Position numbers and translations under genes: made by a program | The notes under the pieces: generated by a model | What the model was told of the DNA's origin: nothing | Seen by the model: only the letters and a program-made list of their open reading frames with translations | Database searches by the model: none | Origin: Octopus vulgaris | Lineage: Eukaryota | Direction: 5' to 3' | NCBI GenBank assembly: GCA_951406725.2 | Contig: OX597821.1 | Location: 90,582,001 to 90,646,000 of the forward strand | DNA: 64,000 bases | Shown: in pieces, positions 13,655 to 24,952 of the stretch | How positions within the stretch are numbered: the first letter of the stretch is position 1 | Layout: every line of letters begins with the position of its first letter

Positions 13655-14565
13655 TAAACCTCATATTATTTCTGAATCATCCTAATCTACAACCACACTA
13701 TGCTTCTACATTATACAAAAATAGTACATATCTTCATCATGAATCCTTTAGGTGGAGAGTAATCTTAGGGTCTTCTCTCAAATACTATTCTTCTCATAGG
13801 TTATTGATACTTTTCAATAAATTCACAGCTACCAGGTTTTCTTTCTGTTGTTTTTTCCACTGTTTTCAGCCAGATATTTTTCTGCACATTAGTGTGTTAT
13901 TTCCGTCCTTGTAGCGTAAGATATGTAAGTAATTTGTACAGCAGTTTTCATAGATATATTTGATAACTTATATCCTATCACTAATGGGAATGCCGTTTCT
14001 GAATTAATTTTTAAAATTTTCGTTTTTAAGCAAATTTAAGTTTTATAACTTTGAGAATTTGGTGACAGCATGTTAATTTAAAGACTACCAACATATCTAA
14101 ATCACTTGGGATGTAATGTCTATTATTTACTAATATACAATATAGACATTTGATAAGCTTGTATTTTGGTGTATAATGCACAATTATTAACAATGTTGCA
14201 GTGATCTCATCACTAATTCTAGGCTTAAAATAACTATCATCCTTGTTTCACACCAATAGAGAATATATAAGTTCCAGAAGAAAAATCTGCTTTGCTGCAA
14301 ATATATTTTTCCATCTCTCTCCACACTTTATCATTTTTGGAAAACTGACTATGACTTTTTTTGTCTATTGTATTATTCAAATTCAAAACTTTATGACAAC
14401 TCAGTTAGAAATTCTGAATTTAGGAAATGAAGGCCAAACAATATAAAACAAAATTGTTTCATGTCTAATGAGGCAACAATTTTGCTTCTGATAATCATGA
14501 TCCAAGAAATTTAAACGAAGAATACAATACTATATCACAGTTTGTTTTTAACGTTTAGTTAAAGG

Positions 14566-15272
14566 AAGGTGGGGAGCTGGTAGAAACATAGGCACACCAA
14601 AGAAAATGCTTAGCAGTATTTTGTCTGCTGATACATTCTGAGTTCAAATTCCGCCGAGGTCGACTTCACCTTTCATCCTTTCGGGGTCGATAAATTAAGT
14701 ACCAGTTACACACTGGGGTCGATGTAATCGACTTAATCCGTTTCTCTGTCCTTGTTTGTCGCCTCTATGTTTAACCCCTTATGGGTAGTAATGAAATAGG
14801 TATTTCGTCTGAGTTCAAATTCTGCCATGGTCAACTTTGCCTTTCATCCTTTCGGGGTCGATAAATTAAGTACCAGTTACACATTGGGGTCGATGTAATC
14901 GACTTAATCCGTTTGTCTGTCCTTGTTTGTCCCCTCTATGTTTAACCCCTTATGAGTAGTAATGAAATAGGTATTTCGTCTGAGTTCAAATTCAGCCAAG
15001 GTCGACTTTGCCTTTCATCCTTTCGGGGTCGATAAATTAAGTACCAGTTACACACTGGGGTCGATATAATCGACTTAATCCGTTTGTCTGTCCTTGTTTG
15101 TCCCCTCTGTGTTTAACCTCTTATGAGTAGTAATCAAATTCTGCCATGGTCGACTTTGCCTTTCATCCTTTCAGGGTTGATAAATTAAGTACCAGTTATG
15201 TACTGGGGTTGCTCTAATCAACTTGACCCCTCCCCCGAAATTTCAGGCCATGTGCCTAGAGTAGAAAAGAAT
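14566..15272 (+). mobile_element. SINE family B with internal 171-bp tandem amplification
   Basis: One head, then CTGAGTTCAAATTC units at 14638, 14809 and 14980 plus a shortened fourth; MetaSINE-like CCTTTCATCCTTTCGGGGTCGATAAATTAAGTACCAG. Confidence 0.85.
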
Positions 15273-15284
15273 ATTTACTTAAAG

Positions 15285-15478
15285 AGGGTGGTGAAATGGC
15301 AGAATTGTTAACACAGTGGGCAAAATGCTTAGCAGCATTTCATCCATGTTTACATTCTGAGTTCAAATTGTGCCAAGGTTATCCTTGCCTTCCATCATCT
15401 GGGAATTGATAAAATAAGTACCAGCTGCACGCTTCAGTCAATATTACTGACTAACCCACTTCTCCTGAAATTGCTGTC
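15285..15478 (+). mobile_element. Diverged SINE family B
   Basis: TGGCAGAATTGTTAAC...CTGAGTTCAAAT...GATAAAATAAGTACCAG. Confidence 0.7.
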
Positions 15479-15479
15479 A

Positions 15480-15888
15480 CCGTGCCAGCCTCGCCTGGCC
15501 TCTGTGCAGGTGGCACATAAAAAACACCATCCGAGCGTGGCAGTTCGCCAACCTCATCTGGCACCTGTGTCAGTGGCACATAAAAAAACACCATCCGAGC
15601 GTGGCCGTTCGCCAGCCTCGTCTGGCACCTGTGTTGGTGGCACATAACACAAAAACATCATCCGAGCGTGGCCATTCGCTAGCCTCGTCTGGCACCTGTG
15701 TCGGTGGCACATAAAAAGCCCCCACTACACTCACGGATTGGTTGGCGTTAGGAAGGGCATCCAGCTGTAGAAACACTGCCAGATCTGACAGGGCTGGTGC
15801 AGCCTTCGGGCTTCCTAGACCCCAGTTGAACCGCCCAACCCATGCTAGCATGGAAAGCGGACGTTAAATGATGATGATGATGATGATG
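15480..15888 (+). mobile_element. RTE 3' UTR with four ~62-bp tandem units
   Basis: Repeated GCCAGCCTCGTCTGGCACCTGTG-N2-RGTGGCACATAAAA; (GAT)n tail. Confidence 0.88.
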
Positions 15889-16328
15889 TACCAAAATTCG
15901 AAACCAACCAATATTTGGCTAGATGAGAGAAACAGATAATATCATGGCCTTTAGAGATGAGGGCAAGCAGTTTATTTTTTGATATGGTGTTCTATAGGGC
16001 TAATGACTATTGACATAATAAGATCCCCTACTATCTTCTTCTCTTGTCTCATTGTCAACATCATCGTCATCATTATTGAGCATATCGTTAGACACTAGAT
16101 GGTGATGATTATAATGTCAGTGATTCTGGCGATGAAGAGTTAAGAAGATGTTTAGTGTTGTGTTTGAGATGATGAACTAACATATGGATGATATAATAGA
16201 AATAAATTAGTGCTTTAGGGAGGCTTGGCTGCAACTGACATGTATGTTCCTAATACAGGGAGGCTGAAATTCTTTTAACATATACAAAACTTTTGCTAGA
16301 AACAACAAGTAAATTGTTAGTTAAGAGT

Positions 16329-16495
16329 GGAGTGGCTGTGTGTTAAGTAGCTTGCTTACGAACCACATGGTTCTGGGTTCAGTCCCACTGCATGGCACCT
16401 TGGACAAGTGTCTTCTACTATAGCCTCAAGCCGACCAAAGCCTTGTGAGTGGATTTGGGAGATGGAAACTGAAAGAAGCCCATCGTATATATGTG

Positions 16496-16530
<35 letters not shown>

Positions 16531-16746
16531 ATGTGTGCGTTTGTGTGTCTGTGTTTGTCCCGACAACATTGCTTGATATCCGATGCTAGTGTGTTTACGT
16601 CCCCGTAACTTAGCGGTTCGGCAAAAGAGACCGATAAAATAAGGCTTACAAAGAATAAGTCCTGGGGTCGATTTGCTCGATTAAAGATGGTGCTCCAGCA
16701 TAGCCACGTTCAAATGACTGAAACAATGTAAAAGAGTAAAGAGTAA
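16329..16746 (+). mobile_element. Full-length SINE family A
   Basis: Both halves present; TSD AGTTAAGAG at 16319-16327 and 16747-16755. Confidence 0.9.
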
Positions 16747-17235
16747 AGTTAAGAGAAGCAGAACTTATTACAGCCAATGCTGAAAAGAATTTGAATTAAA
16801 GAAAAATGAACAGCATTTGTCAGTCAATAGTTGTAACTTGCTGCTGAACCATTGCCAGTCAGGGGATGAATTCAGGAAAGTTTATCTGTATAGCCACAAT
16901 ATTACCCAATACATGTGAACAATACTTAATGTCCAACATACTGGAATTTTGCATATGGTTCAGTAATTGAAAAGCTTTCTGTCCTTGATAAGGAATCTTA
17001 GATTTGGGGATACATTTTCACAATGTAGCATCTTCTCTGTAGCCAGACTCATTCACCTTACATGTAACCTCTTTCCCCAATCACTCTTATTTGACTTACT
17101 CCTGTAGCTGGCATGACATTTAAATCTTGACACAAAACTTCATAGAATTATTGTTCTATAAGTGATATCTTACCAAAGTTAAGATAGCAATCTTAAGACA
17201 TGGAAGCCAACTCTCAATTTCGTTAATTTCAACAA

Positions 17236-17392
17236 GGTGTGGCTGTGTGGTAAGTAGCTTGCTTACCAGCCACATGGTTCCGGGTTCAGTCCCACTGCGT
17301 GGCATGTTGGGCAAGTGTCTACTACTATAGCCTCGGGCCGACCAAAGCCTTGTGAGTGGATTTGGTAGACGGAAACTGAAAGAAGTCCGTCG

Positions 17393-17429
<37 letters not shown>

Positions 17430-17650
17430 ATGTTTGTGTGTCTGTGTTTGTCTGTCTAGCATTGCTTGACAACCGATGCTGGTGTGTTTATGTCGCCGTC
17501 ATTTAGCAGTTCGGCAAAATAGACCGATAAAATAAGTACTGGGCTTACAAAGAATAAGTCCTGGGGTCGATTTGCTCGACTAAAGGCGGTGCTCTAGCAT
17601 GGCCACAGTCAAATGACTGAAACAAGTAAAAGAGTAAAGAGTAAGAGTAA
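17236..17650 (+). mobile_element. Full-length SINE family A
   Basis: Both halves and (AAGAGT)n tail. Confidence 0.9.
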
Positions 17651-18026
17651 TCTCAGAAAACTGGTAGAATTCATGGATGGATAGCAACTGCAATTTAAAG
17701 ATCCAAGCTAGTCACACTGCACCATGCTAATTCCGTCTTAGAATTCCATTCAGAGTACATCTGTCCGTTAAATATCCAGCCATATATTTTCCAATTCAAT
17801 GATCAGGGAGTCCAGTTGAACAAACAACTGACTATTCATCGCTGAAACTGACAGAGATCCATTTACACTTCTATGAACGCGTGCATGTACAAAACCAGTT
17901 ATTCCTAAGAATGTTTGTAAGAAATTGCACACATGTGTATCTGAGAGTATAATATATGTGCGTGCATGTGTGTGTGTGTATGTGTATTTGTGTGTGCATA
18001 ATACATGTATATACGTGTTTATAATA

Positions 18027-18248
18027 TATACACGTGTGTATGTATATGTGTTTGTGTGTGTGTATGTATATATATGCTTCTGAGCATGTTTGTGCATTCA
18101 TTGATGCATGTGTGTATATGTATGTGATATCAACCTTATACACGTGTGTATGTATATGTGTTTGTGTGTGTGTATGTATATATGCTTCTGAGCATGTTTG
18201 TGCATTCATTGATGCATGTGTGTATACCTATGTGATATCAACCTTATA
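18027..18248. repeat. 110-bp tandem duplication
   Basis: CACGTGTGTA at 18031 and 18141; the two units are nearly identical. Confidence 0.9.
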
Positions 18249-18778
18249 ATCATTGATATTTGTATGATTTAAATGCGTGGGTGGTTTATACAAGGGATGT
18301 GGGTTTATGTCTATGAGTATATGTACATGCATGACGCATATGTACAATAGCGTTTGTCTCTGTATTGCATGGAAACAGTTATGGAAGGGTAAACTTACTG
18401 AATGACAGTTCCAAGATATTTAGATATGCAGCAAGGATTTAATAACATGTTCAGTGTTTGACACAATTCACAGCATGTCACTGTTGCATGATGCCATAGA
18501 TTATTCCGGTAAATAACAGAGCTAACATATAATCTAGGAACATAGGTGGGTTCTGGGGGTGCTTTCTCACTATTGTAATCCTAGACATTTGCTGTGATTT
18601 TTAAAGGTTCAGCTAAACCACCATATTAACAGAGATATGTACACACATATACAAAGGCAGGCACATTTCCATCTATCTATCTATCTATCTATCTACCTAC
18701 CTATCTATCTACCTATCTATCTACCTATCTACCTACCTACCTATCTATCTATCTATCTATCTATCTATCTGTCTATTG

Positions 18779-18816
<38 letters not shown>

Positions 18817-18857
18817 GTATCTATCTATCTATCTATATATATATATATATATATATC

Positions 18858-19422
18858 AACCGGGAAGGCAAGGCAGTCTTCATCACACTGGTGGCCATGG
18901 TGAAAGAATGTGTGTGGTGGACTCGAGCGAAAGGATTAGAGACAAACACTTACTTCTTTGGCCAATCGCTCATCAACTTTTTCAAGTACCACTTGAAAAG
19001 GAAGGTGAGAATGGAAAGGCAGTTTTTGTCACGTGAAAGTTTCAAAAAAAGGTGGGTGAATGTAGCAAAGATGGTGCGTGCAAGTGAGGAAACCACTTTG
19101 AGCATGATCCTGTAAATCGAAAAAAGAGAGAGAGAACACTTTGCTTTCACGTGTTTATTTCCAACCTGCCTGAGGTTACCATGGTCTTTTTCATATACTT
19201 TCCTTTTTATGGATGAACCTAATCTTGCTTTTTACATTTTTAAAATTCTTCTGTGATACATGATCTATTTGGATTGTCTTTTTTTTCCCCAATCCCTTTT
19301 GATCGAAATTTTACCTTTTATTTTCTTATTTTTCCCCCTTTTCTTTTTTTATTTTCAAAAAGAAAAGCTCTACATTTGTATTTGTCCTCTCTGTGTTAAA
19401 CCCTGTGTGGCCAATGAAGAAA
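18858..19422 (+). mobile_element. L1/Tx1-like LINE 3' end
   Basis: VAMVKECVWWTR...FFKYHLKRKVRMER...FKKRWVNVA resembles Tx1/L1 ORF2 C-termini; pyrimidine-rich 3' UTR; homologue at 31750-32279; clade assignment tentative. Confidence 0.6.
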
Positions 19423-19447
19423 GTTATCTATCTATCTATCTATCTAT

Positions 19448-19492
<45 letters not shown>

Positions 19493-19523
19493 TATATATA
19501 CATATATTTATTTATCTATCTAT

Positions 19524-20085
19524 ATCATCATCATCATAATTATCATCATCATCATCATTCTCATTATTTAGCATCTGTTATCTATGCCAGGATGGGTTGG
19601 ATGGTTTGACCAGGGCTGGTAAGTTTTGGGGGCTGCACCAAACTCCAGGCTGATTTGGCGTGGTTTCTACAGCTGGATGCCCTTCCTATTGCCATATATA
19701 TACATATTGGTTGAGCAGTGGAGGGAGGCTGTATGGTAGGAAGCTTGCTTCCCAACCACATGGTTCTGGGATCAGTCCTACTGCATAGCAGCTTGGGCAA
19801 GTGTCTTCTACAATAGCCTTATGCTGGCCAAAGTCTTGTGAGTGGATTTGGTAGAGAGAAACTGAAAGACAGTCATAGTATGTATGTGTGTGTGTGTGTA
19901 TTTGTCCCCTGCTACTGCTTGAGAAGCAGTGTTGGTGTGTCCCCTTAAGTTAGTGGTTCAGCAAGAGACTGATAGCATAAGTACCTGACTTAAAAAAAAA
20001 AAACCTCCTGGAGTTGATTTCTTCAAGGCATGGCTGCAGTCTAATGATTGAAACAAGTATAAAAGATAATAAGAGATAAAAGATA
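19524..20085. mobile_element. RTE tail (-) followed by diverged SINE A (+)
   Basis: (ATC)n...CTGGATGCCCTTCCT at 19524-19692; SINE at 19720-20085. Confidence 0.75.
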
Positions 20086-20157
20086 ATATATCTATATATA
20101 TCAGCTTCAACCACATATTCTTAATGTATATTCTTTCTGTATATGCCAGTAGTCTAT

Positions 20158-20312
20158 GATTTGGCATGATGGAGAATACTCTCAGGAAGCAGCAGGATTT
20201 AAAACACCTGAATGTCATGGACAGGTGAGATAACTCAGCTTCAATCCATTCTAGGAGTGATGGACATCAATATCTCACCGTTTTCGTGACTTATCAACAT
20301 TACATACCCAAA
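20158..20312 (-). mobile_element. Hammerhead-bearing short repeat family (retrozyme/PLE-like), copy 1
   Basis: Homologous to 20780-20930 (inverted) and 26705-26858; motif at 20257-20303 has core UUGAUAA and GAAA mutated to GAGA. Confidence 0.6.
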
Positions 20313-20423
20313 CAGGATCAGAGATAAATCATTTCACCAGTCCGCAACTTCTATGCATATAGCATAAAATCTATGTGGGGGCATAGCTGGATAATGCACA
20401 ATTACAAATAAATTTGAAGCCTG

Positions 20424-20737
20424 AAGCCTGGGCTTCAGAGGCCCACAGCTCTTCAACATCCTCCCAAAGAACCTGAGAGACCTGCATGGGGTGGATGCAG
20501 ATGTCTTTAAAATAAAACTGGATCACTTCCTGTCGGGTGTCCCAGATGAACCAACTTCACGGCAGGAGGTGCAGATGAGGGCAGCTGCATCAAACTCTCT
20601 CATGCACCAAATGGCAGTTGCTAAAAAGCATTCGTGAAGTAAAATCATGTAGCAACACCAAATGGCAGTGCCCCAGCATGGCCACAGCTCATGAGCTGAA
20701 ACTAGATAAAAATAAAAATAAAAATAAAAATAAAAAT
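20424..20737 (+). mobile_element. CR1-like LINE 3' end, copy 2
   Basis: Close match to 4952-5272; (TAAAAA)n tail. Confidence 0.8.
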
Positions 20738-20779
20738 GACACAGAAGCAGAAAGTGAAGCAGAGCTGATGTGATCAACA

Positions 20780-20930
20780 TTGGACATGTGATACTAATAA
20801 GCCATAAAAGTGTCAAGACATCAATATCCATCACTTCAACATGGGATTGGAGCTGGGTTATCTCACTCATGCCTGACTGGTGTTTTAACAGCCAGCGTTT
20901 TGAGAGAAAGTATTCTTCATCACACCAAAT
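20780..20930 (+). mobile_element. Hammerhead-bearing short repeat family, copy 2 (decayed)
   Basis: Inverted homologue of 20158-20312; GTGATA-CTAATAA-GCC...TC-CATCAC. Confidence 0.55.
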
Positions 20931-21156
20931 CGCAGCCTACCTGCAAATACACAAATATGCATTAAGTATATCTGGTTGTACACTAGTGCTGCTCCTGTTT
21001 CATATTTTAATATAGGTGTGTATGTGTGTATGTGAGACAGAGAGTGTGCGTGTGTGTGAATGTGTGTATCTATGTGTATGTACTTCTTTTACTTACATAT
21101 ATATGTACATATATATATATGTACACATATATCTCTATATATAAAATATATATATG

Positions 21157-21195
<39 letters not shown>

Positions 21196-21204
21196 GAATT
21201 TATA

Positions 21205-21410
21205 TATCATCATCATCATCCTTGTTTAACGTCCGCTTTCCATGCTAGCATGGGTTGGACGATTTGACTGAGGTCTGGCGAACCAGACTCCAATCTGATC
21301 TGGCAGAGTTTCTATAGCTGGATGCCCTTCCTAAAGCCAACCACTCCGAGAAATTAGTGGGTGCTTTTTCGTGCCACCGAAACTAGAGCCAGTTAGTTGG
21401 CACTGGCAAC
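21205..21410 (-). mobile_element. RTE 3' tail
   Basis: (ATC)n, then GTTTAACGTCCGCTTTCCATGCTAGCATGGG. Confidence 0.8.
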
Positions 21411-21464
21411 CAGTTGTCAAGCGATGGTGGGGGGACTAACATAGACACACAAATACATACATAT

Positions 21465-21530
<66 letters not shown>

Positions 21531-21545
21531 GTATATCTATATATA

Positions 21546-21577
<32 letters not shown>

Positions 21578-21758
21578 AAATAATAAATATTAGGGAATAA
21601 ATCCAAATTTACAGGGAAAAAAATCAGATTTAGGATTAAATCCAATTTTATAGTAAAATATTATAAAATATTATTAGAGACAAAACCACTATTTTGCAAA
21701 ACAAACAAGGAAAGACTTAATCAATACATAAAATTTTAATAAATAGTCAAAAAAACCG

Positions 21759-21801
21759 CCACTACAATTGTTTCTTGTCTTGATCGACAATCTTCAGGTG
21801 G
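21759..21801 (-). ncRNA. Minimal type I hammerhead ribozyme
   Basis: Exact mirror copy of 21847-21889. Confidence 0.85.
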
Positions 21802-21846
21802 ACTTCAATAAGTCAGTTTCAAATTTGAAACTGACTTATTGGAAGT

Positions 21847-21889
21847 CCACCTGAAGATTGTCGATCAAGACAAGAAACAATTGTAGTGG
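21847..21889 (+). ncRNA. Minimal type I hammerhead ribozyme
   Basis: CCAC-CUGAAGA-UUGUC(GAUCAA)GACAA-GAAA-CAAUUG-UA-GUGG: stems I and II perfect, palindromic stem III. Confidence 0.88.
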
Positions 21890-22010
21890 CGGTTTTTTTG
21901 ACTATTTATTAAAATTTTATGTATTGATTAAGTCTTTCCTTGTTTGTTTTGTAAAATAGTGGTTTTGTCTCTAATAATATTTTATATATATATATATATC
22001 TCTCTGTGTA

Positions 22011-22048
22011 TCTTTCTGTTGAAGAGCGTAGGCTCGAAACGTTAAAGA
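22011..22048 (+). ncRNA. Minimal hammerhead-like motif in a PLE terminal remnant
   Basis: UCUUU(cug)-UUGAAGA-GCGUAGGCUC-GAAA-CGUU-AAAGA; U at position 3 and a weak stem II. Confidence 0.55.
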
Positions 22049-22199
22049 CTTGTTTTATTTATATTTCCTGAGCGCCATACTAATACAATTGTTCGTTTGT
22101 TTTCCACCTGCCTTCGTCTTTTGTTTATTTTCATAAAGCTTCCCGTTATATATATATATATATATATACACAGATAGATAGATAGATAGATAGATAAAA

Positions 22200-22360
22200 C
22201 AAGCTTGTTTCAGTTTCCATCTAACAAATCCACTCACAATGCTTTGATCAGCTTGAGGCTATAGTAGAAGACACTTGCCCAAGGATCCATTCAGTGGGAC
22301 TGAAACTGGAACCATGTGGTTGGGAAGCAAGCTTCTTACTACACAGCCATTCCTGTGCTT
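22200..22360 (-). mobile_element. SINE A 5' half
   Basis: Reverse complement of the family A head. Confidence 0.8.
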
Positions 22361-22375
22361 GTATTTAAAATTTCA

Positions 22376-22441
22376 AAGAATACAGAATGCTTCCTTATGT
22401 GCATGTCATCCTTGTACAGGGGCCATGTTAATCTTCTCTCT
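22376..22441 (-). pseudogene. U6: U6 snRNA pseudogene, 3' portion
   Basis: AGAGAAGATTAACATGGCCCCTGTACAAGGATGACATGCACATAAGGAAGCATTCTGTATT versus U6 ...AGAGAAGAUUAGCAUGGCCCCUGCGCAAGGAUGACACGCAAAUUCGUGAAGCGUUCCAUAUU; several differences at CpG; 5' stem-loop missing. Confidence 0.88.
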
Positions 22442-22458
22442 CTACATATATATACCCA

Positions 22459-22604
22459 TAGGAAGGGCATCCAGCTGTAGAAACACTGCCAAATAAAAAT
22501 TGGAGCCTGGTGCAGCCATCTGGTTTGCCAGCCCTCAGTCAAATTCGTCCAACCCATGCTAGCATGGAAAGCAGACGTCAAACGATGATGATGATGATGG
22601 TGAT
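22459..22604 (+). mobile_element. RTE 3' tail
   Basis: GGAAGGGCATCCAGCTGTAGAAAC...(GAT)n. Confidence 0.8.
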
Positions 22605-22672
22605 GTATATATGTATATGTGAGTGTATATATACACACACACTCTAATACACAAACTCACACATACACATGA

Positions 22673-22730
<58 letters not shown>

Positions 22731-22789
22731 AAAAAATGAAGTTCGAAAATGCTGCTGTATTATACAATTTTTAATTTTTATATATATAC

Positions 22790-22835
22790 ATTATAACATG
22801 TTTCAGTTCCTGAAATGAACTTTATCAAAAAAAGT
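22790..22835 (-). ncRNA. Hammerhead-like motif (U3-A8 core) at the PLE 3' end
   Basis: UUGAUAA-AGUUC(AUUUCAG)GAACU-GAAA-CAUG-UU; stem I is weak. Confidence 0.6.
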
Positions 22836-23209
22836 TATATATAAAAAAAGACAGCTCATGCCGTCAAACACAAGAAATTCATTTATAATACACAACGGAG
22901 TCAGACATCTTAGAGTTCATGTATAGTTGATATATAGTTCATGTATAGTTGATATATAGTTTGAAGTATATGTTCAAAGTGTTCGATGCAGTGGCCCACG
23001 GTGGCGATACGTATTCAATACAAAAAACAGATCAAAGTGGTGGAAAGCGGTCAATACAGAAGATTGATGTTTCCGAAAGAGCGAGGAATTCATTTTTACC
23101 TTAAGCAAATGTGATGACCCATGGTGGATGTTCGCTGGGTGGTTCTAATGAGTTTTTGTGAAGCGTTCGGTTTTATAATGCCTGTTAGGTGGTCAATTCA
23201 GCGTAGCGT

Positions 23210-23620
23210 GATGTCATCAACGTTTTGACCAATCGTTTCGTTAGGTGGCTTTAGTCAAGTAGAACGGGACGTCATCATTATTTTGACCAATCGCTGCATT
23301 ATAACTGCCTCTTGTTTGTTTTCCTGTTTTGACCAGTCGCTTCGTTAGTCAAGTAGAACGGGACGTCATCATTATTTTGACCAATCGCTGCATTATAACT
23401 GCCTCTTGTTTGTTTCCTGTCCTGACCAGTCGCTTCGTTAGTCAAGCAGATTCTGCCCAATCACGACTTATAGCTACATTAGATCTGCCCCCTGTCTGTA
23501 CTTGTTAGGTGACTATTCAAGCAGAAAAGGATGTCATCAATATTCTGACTAATGACTGTCCCCTGTTTGTATCCTGTCCATTCTAGCTGAGCTAGACGTC
23601 ATCAACTTGTTGACCAATCA
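23210..23620. repeat. ~94-bp tandem repeats with recurring GAYGTCATCA-N6-TGACCAATC
   Basis: Motif at 23210, 23268, 23362, 23530 (variant TGACTAATG) and 23595. Confidence 0.85.
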
Positions 23621-23787
23621 GAATCGGGTCTGACCCTTAGCTGTATCGTATGTATCAGGGTCAGATTTGCACGAAAGAATTTTTTTCCTTTTTTACTTAG
23701 GTATATTTCCGTCAGAGTGAGTGTCTGTTTGAAGTAGCGGTCGTGGTGGAATTTTGCTTCTCCTTTTCGGAGGACTTATCTTTTGTT

Positions 23788-24465
23788 TTAGTATTCCTGG
23801 CCCAGGGTGTTTAAACTTGGTCTAAATTTTTTTATGAAATATAGTTCTTTATTTTGGCGTTGTGTGAAGGTTGCGTTGTCACTGAATTTATAGAGCGGGT
23901 TAGTTGTAAATTTCGGATTTACATTTCCAGCACATCTATCTATGTGTCCGCTGACCGGTATTTTGCGGTAATCAGGGTTTCTAATTTGTGATTTATGCAC
24001 CGCCATCCTGTTACGTAAGCTATTTTTTGTATGGCCTATATACTGCCTATTGCAGCCTGCGCATGTTATGACGTAAATTAAGTTTTCTGATGCGCAGGTG
24101 AAGTTTGTTCTAATGGTGAACTGGTGGCCTTGTTCCAGTATAAATTCTGATCCTTCTTTCAAGATGACACAGATTCCGCAGTTGGGCCTTCCACATTTTC
24201 TAACTGCTGGTTTTGTGGTTGATGTTGAGTGCAGTGTAGCTTGGGTTAAAATCCTTTTCAAGGATTTTGGTTGCCGTTTACTTTTAATGATGGTGTGTGT
24301 TTCGAGGATCCGGTTCATCTTTGGGTCTCCCTTTAGTAGGGCTGTGCTTTGTAGTATGGTGTTGAAGGCCTCATTGTTGAGTGGGTTGTGTGTAGAAATG
24401 TAGGGAAGGGTTTTTAATTGTTCTTTCTTTTTTGGTTTTGTTTGTCTCACGTCTTCTATACTTAA

Positions 24466-24468
<3 letters not shown>
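23788..24468 (-). CDS. PLE ORF C-terminal fragment: RT thumb/linker, Cys motif, GIY-YIG endonuclease
   Basis: 226 uninterrupted codons: LPYISTHNP, KCGRPNCGIC, NLIYVITCAGCNRQYIGHTKNSLRNRMAVH, KELYFIKKFRPSLN; no genuine start codon (truncated at (TA)n). Confidence 0.9.
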
Positions 24469-24524
<56 letters not shown>

Positions 24525-24908
24525 TGCGTGAACATTTATGTATGTACACAGAGAAGCAAACTCGCACAAGTTAAAGATTTTGTGTTATTTCATTTTTATA
24601 TGAATTTATTGTTGCACACTTAAAGAAATATTCATCAAGTACAGCCATACTGAGAAAGTGATAAAGTACAAAAATACATCTGTTAGCATGTGTGCAAATA
24701 TTTGGGAAGTTTCCATTTTAGAAGAAACACAAGCAAGAAAAAAAGAAGAACAAAAAAAAATGCAATTAGAAAAATAACGACGTTGATGATGATGGAAATA
24801 AGGAAGAGGTTGAGAAAAGGAAGAGGAGAACGAGAGGCAAAAATAAAAGTTAAATATCTATTTAACATTGTGCTAAGCAGACATGAAAGAAAGAGTATTT
24901 TATATAGA

Positions 24909-24952
<44 letters not shown>

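Larger units (their letters stand above)
21662..21986. repeat. ~325-bp near-perfect palindrome (inverted Penelope-type pseudo-LTRs)
   Basis: Centre at 21823/21824; arms differ by about one substitution and one indel; each arm carries a hammerhead. Confidence 0.92.
22727..24468 (-). mobile_element. 5'-truncated Penelope-like element (Neptune type)
   Basis: GIY-YIG ORF, ~1-kb 3' region with tandem repeats and a terminal hammerhead-like motif; (TA)n on both sides. Confidence 0.85.
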
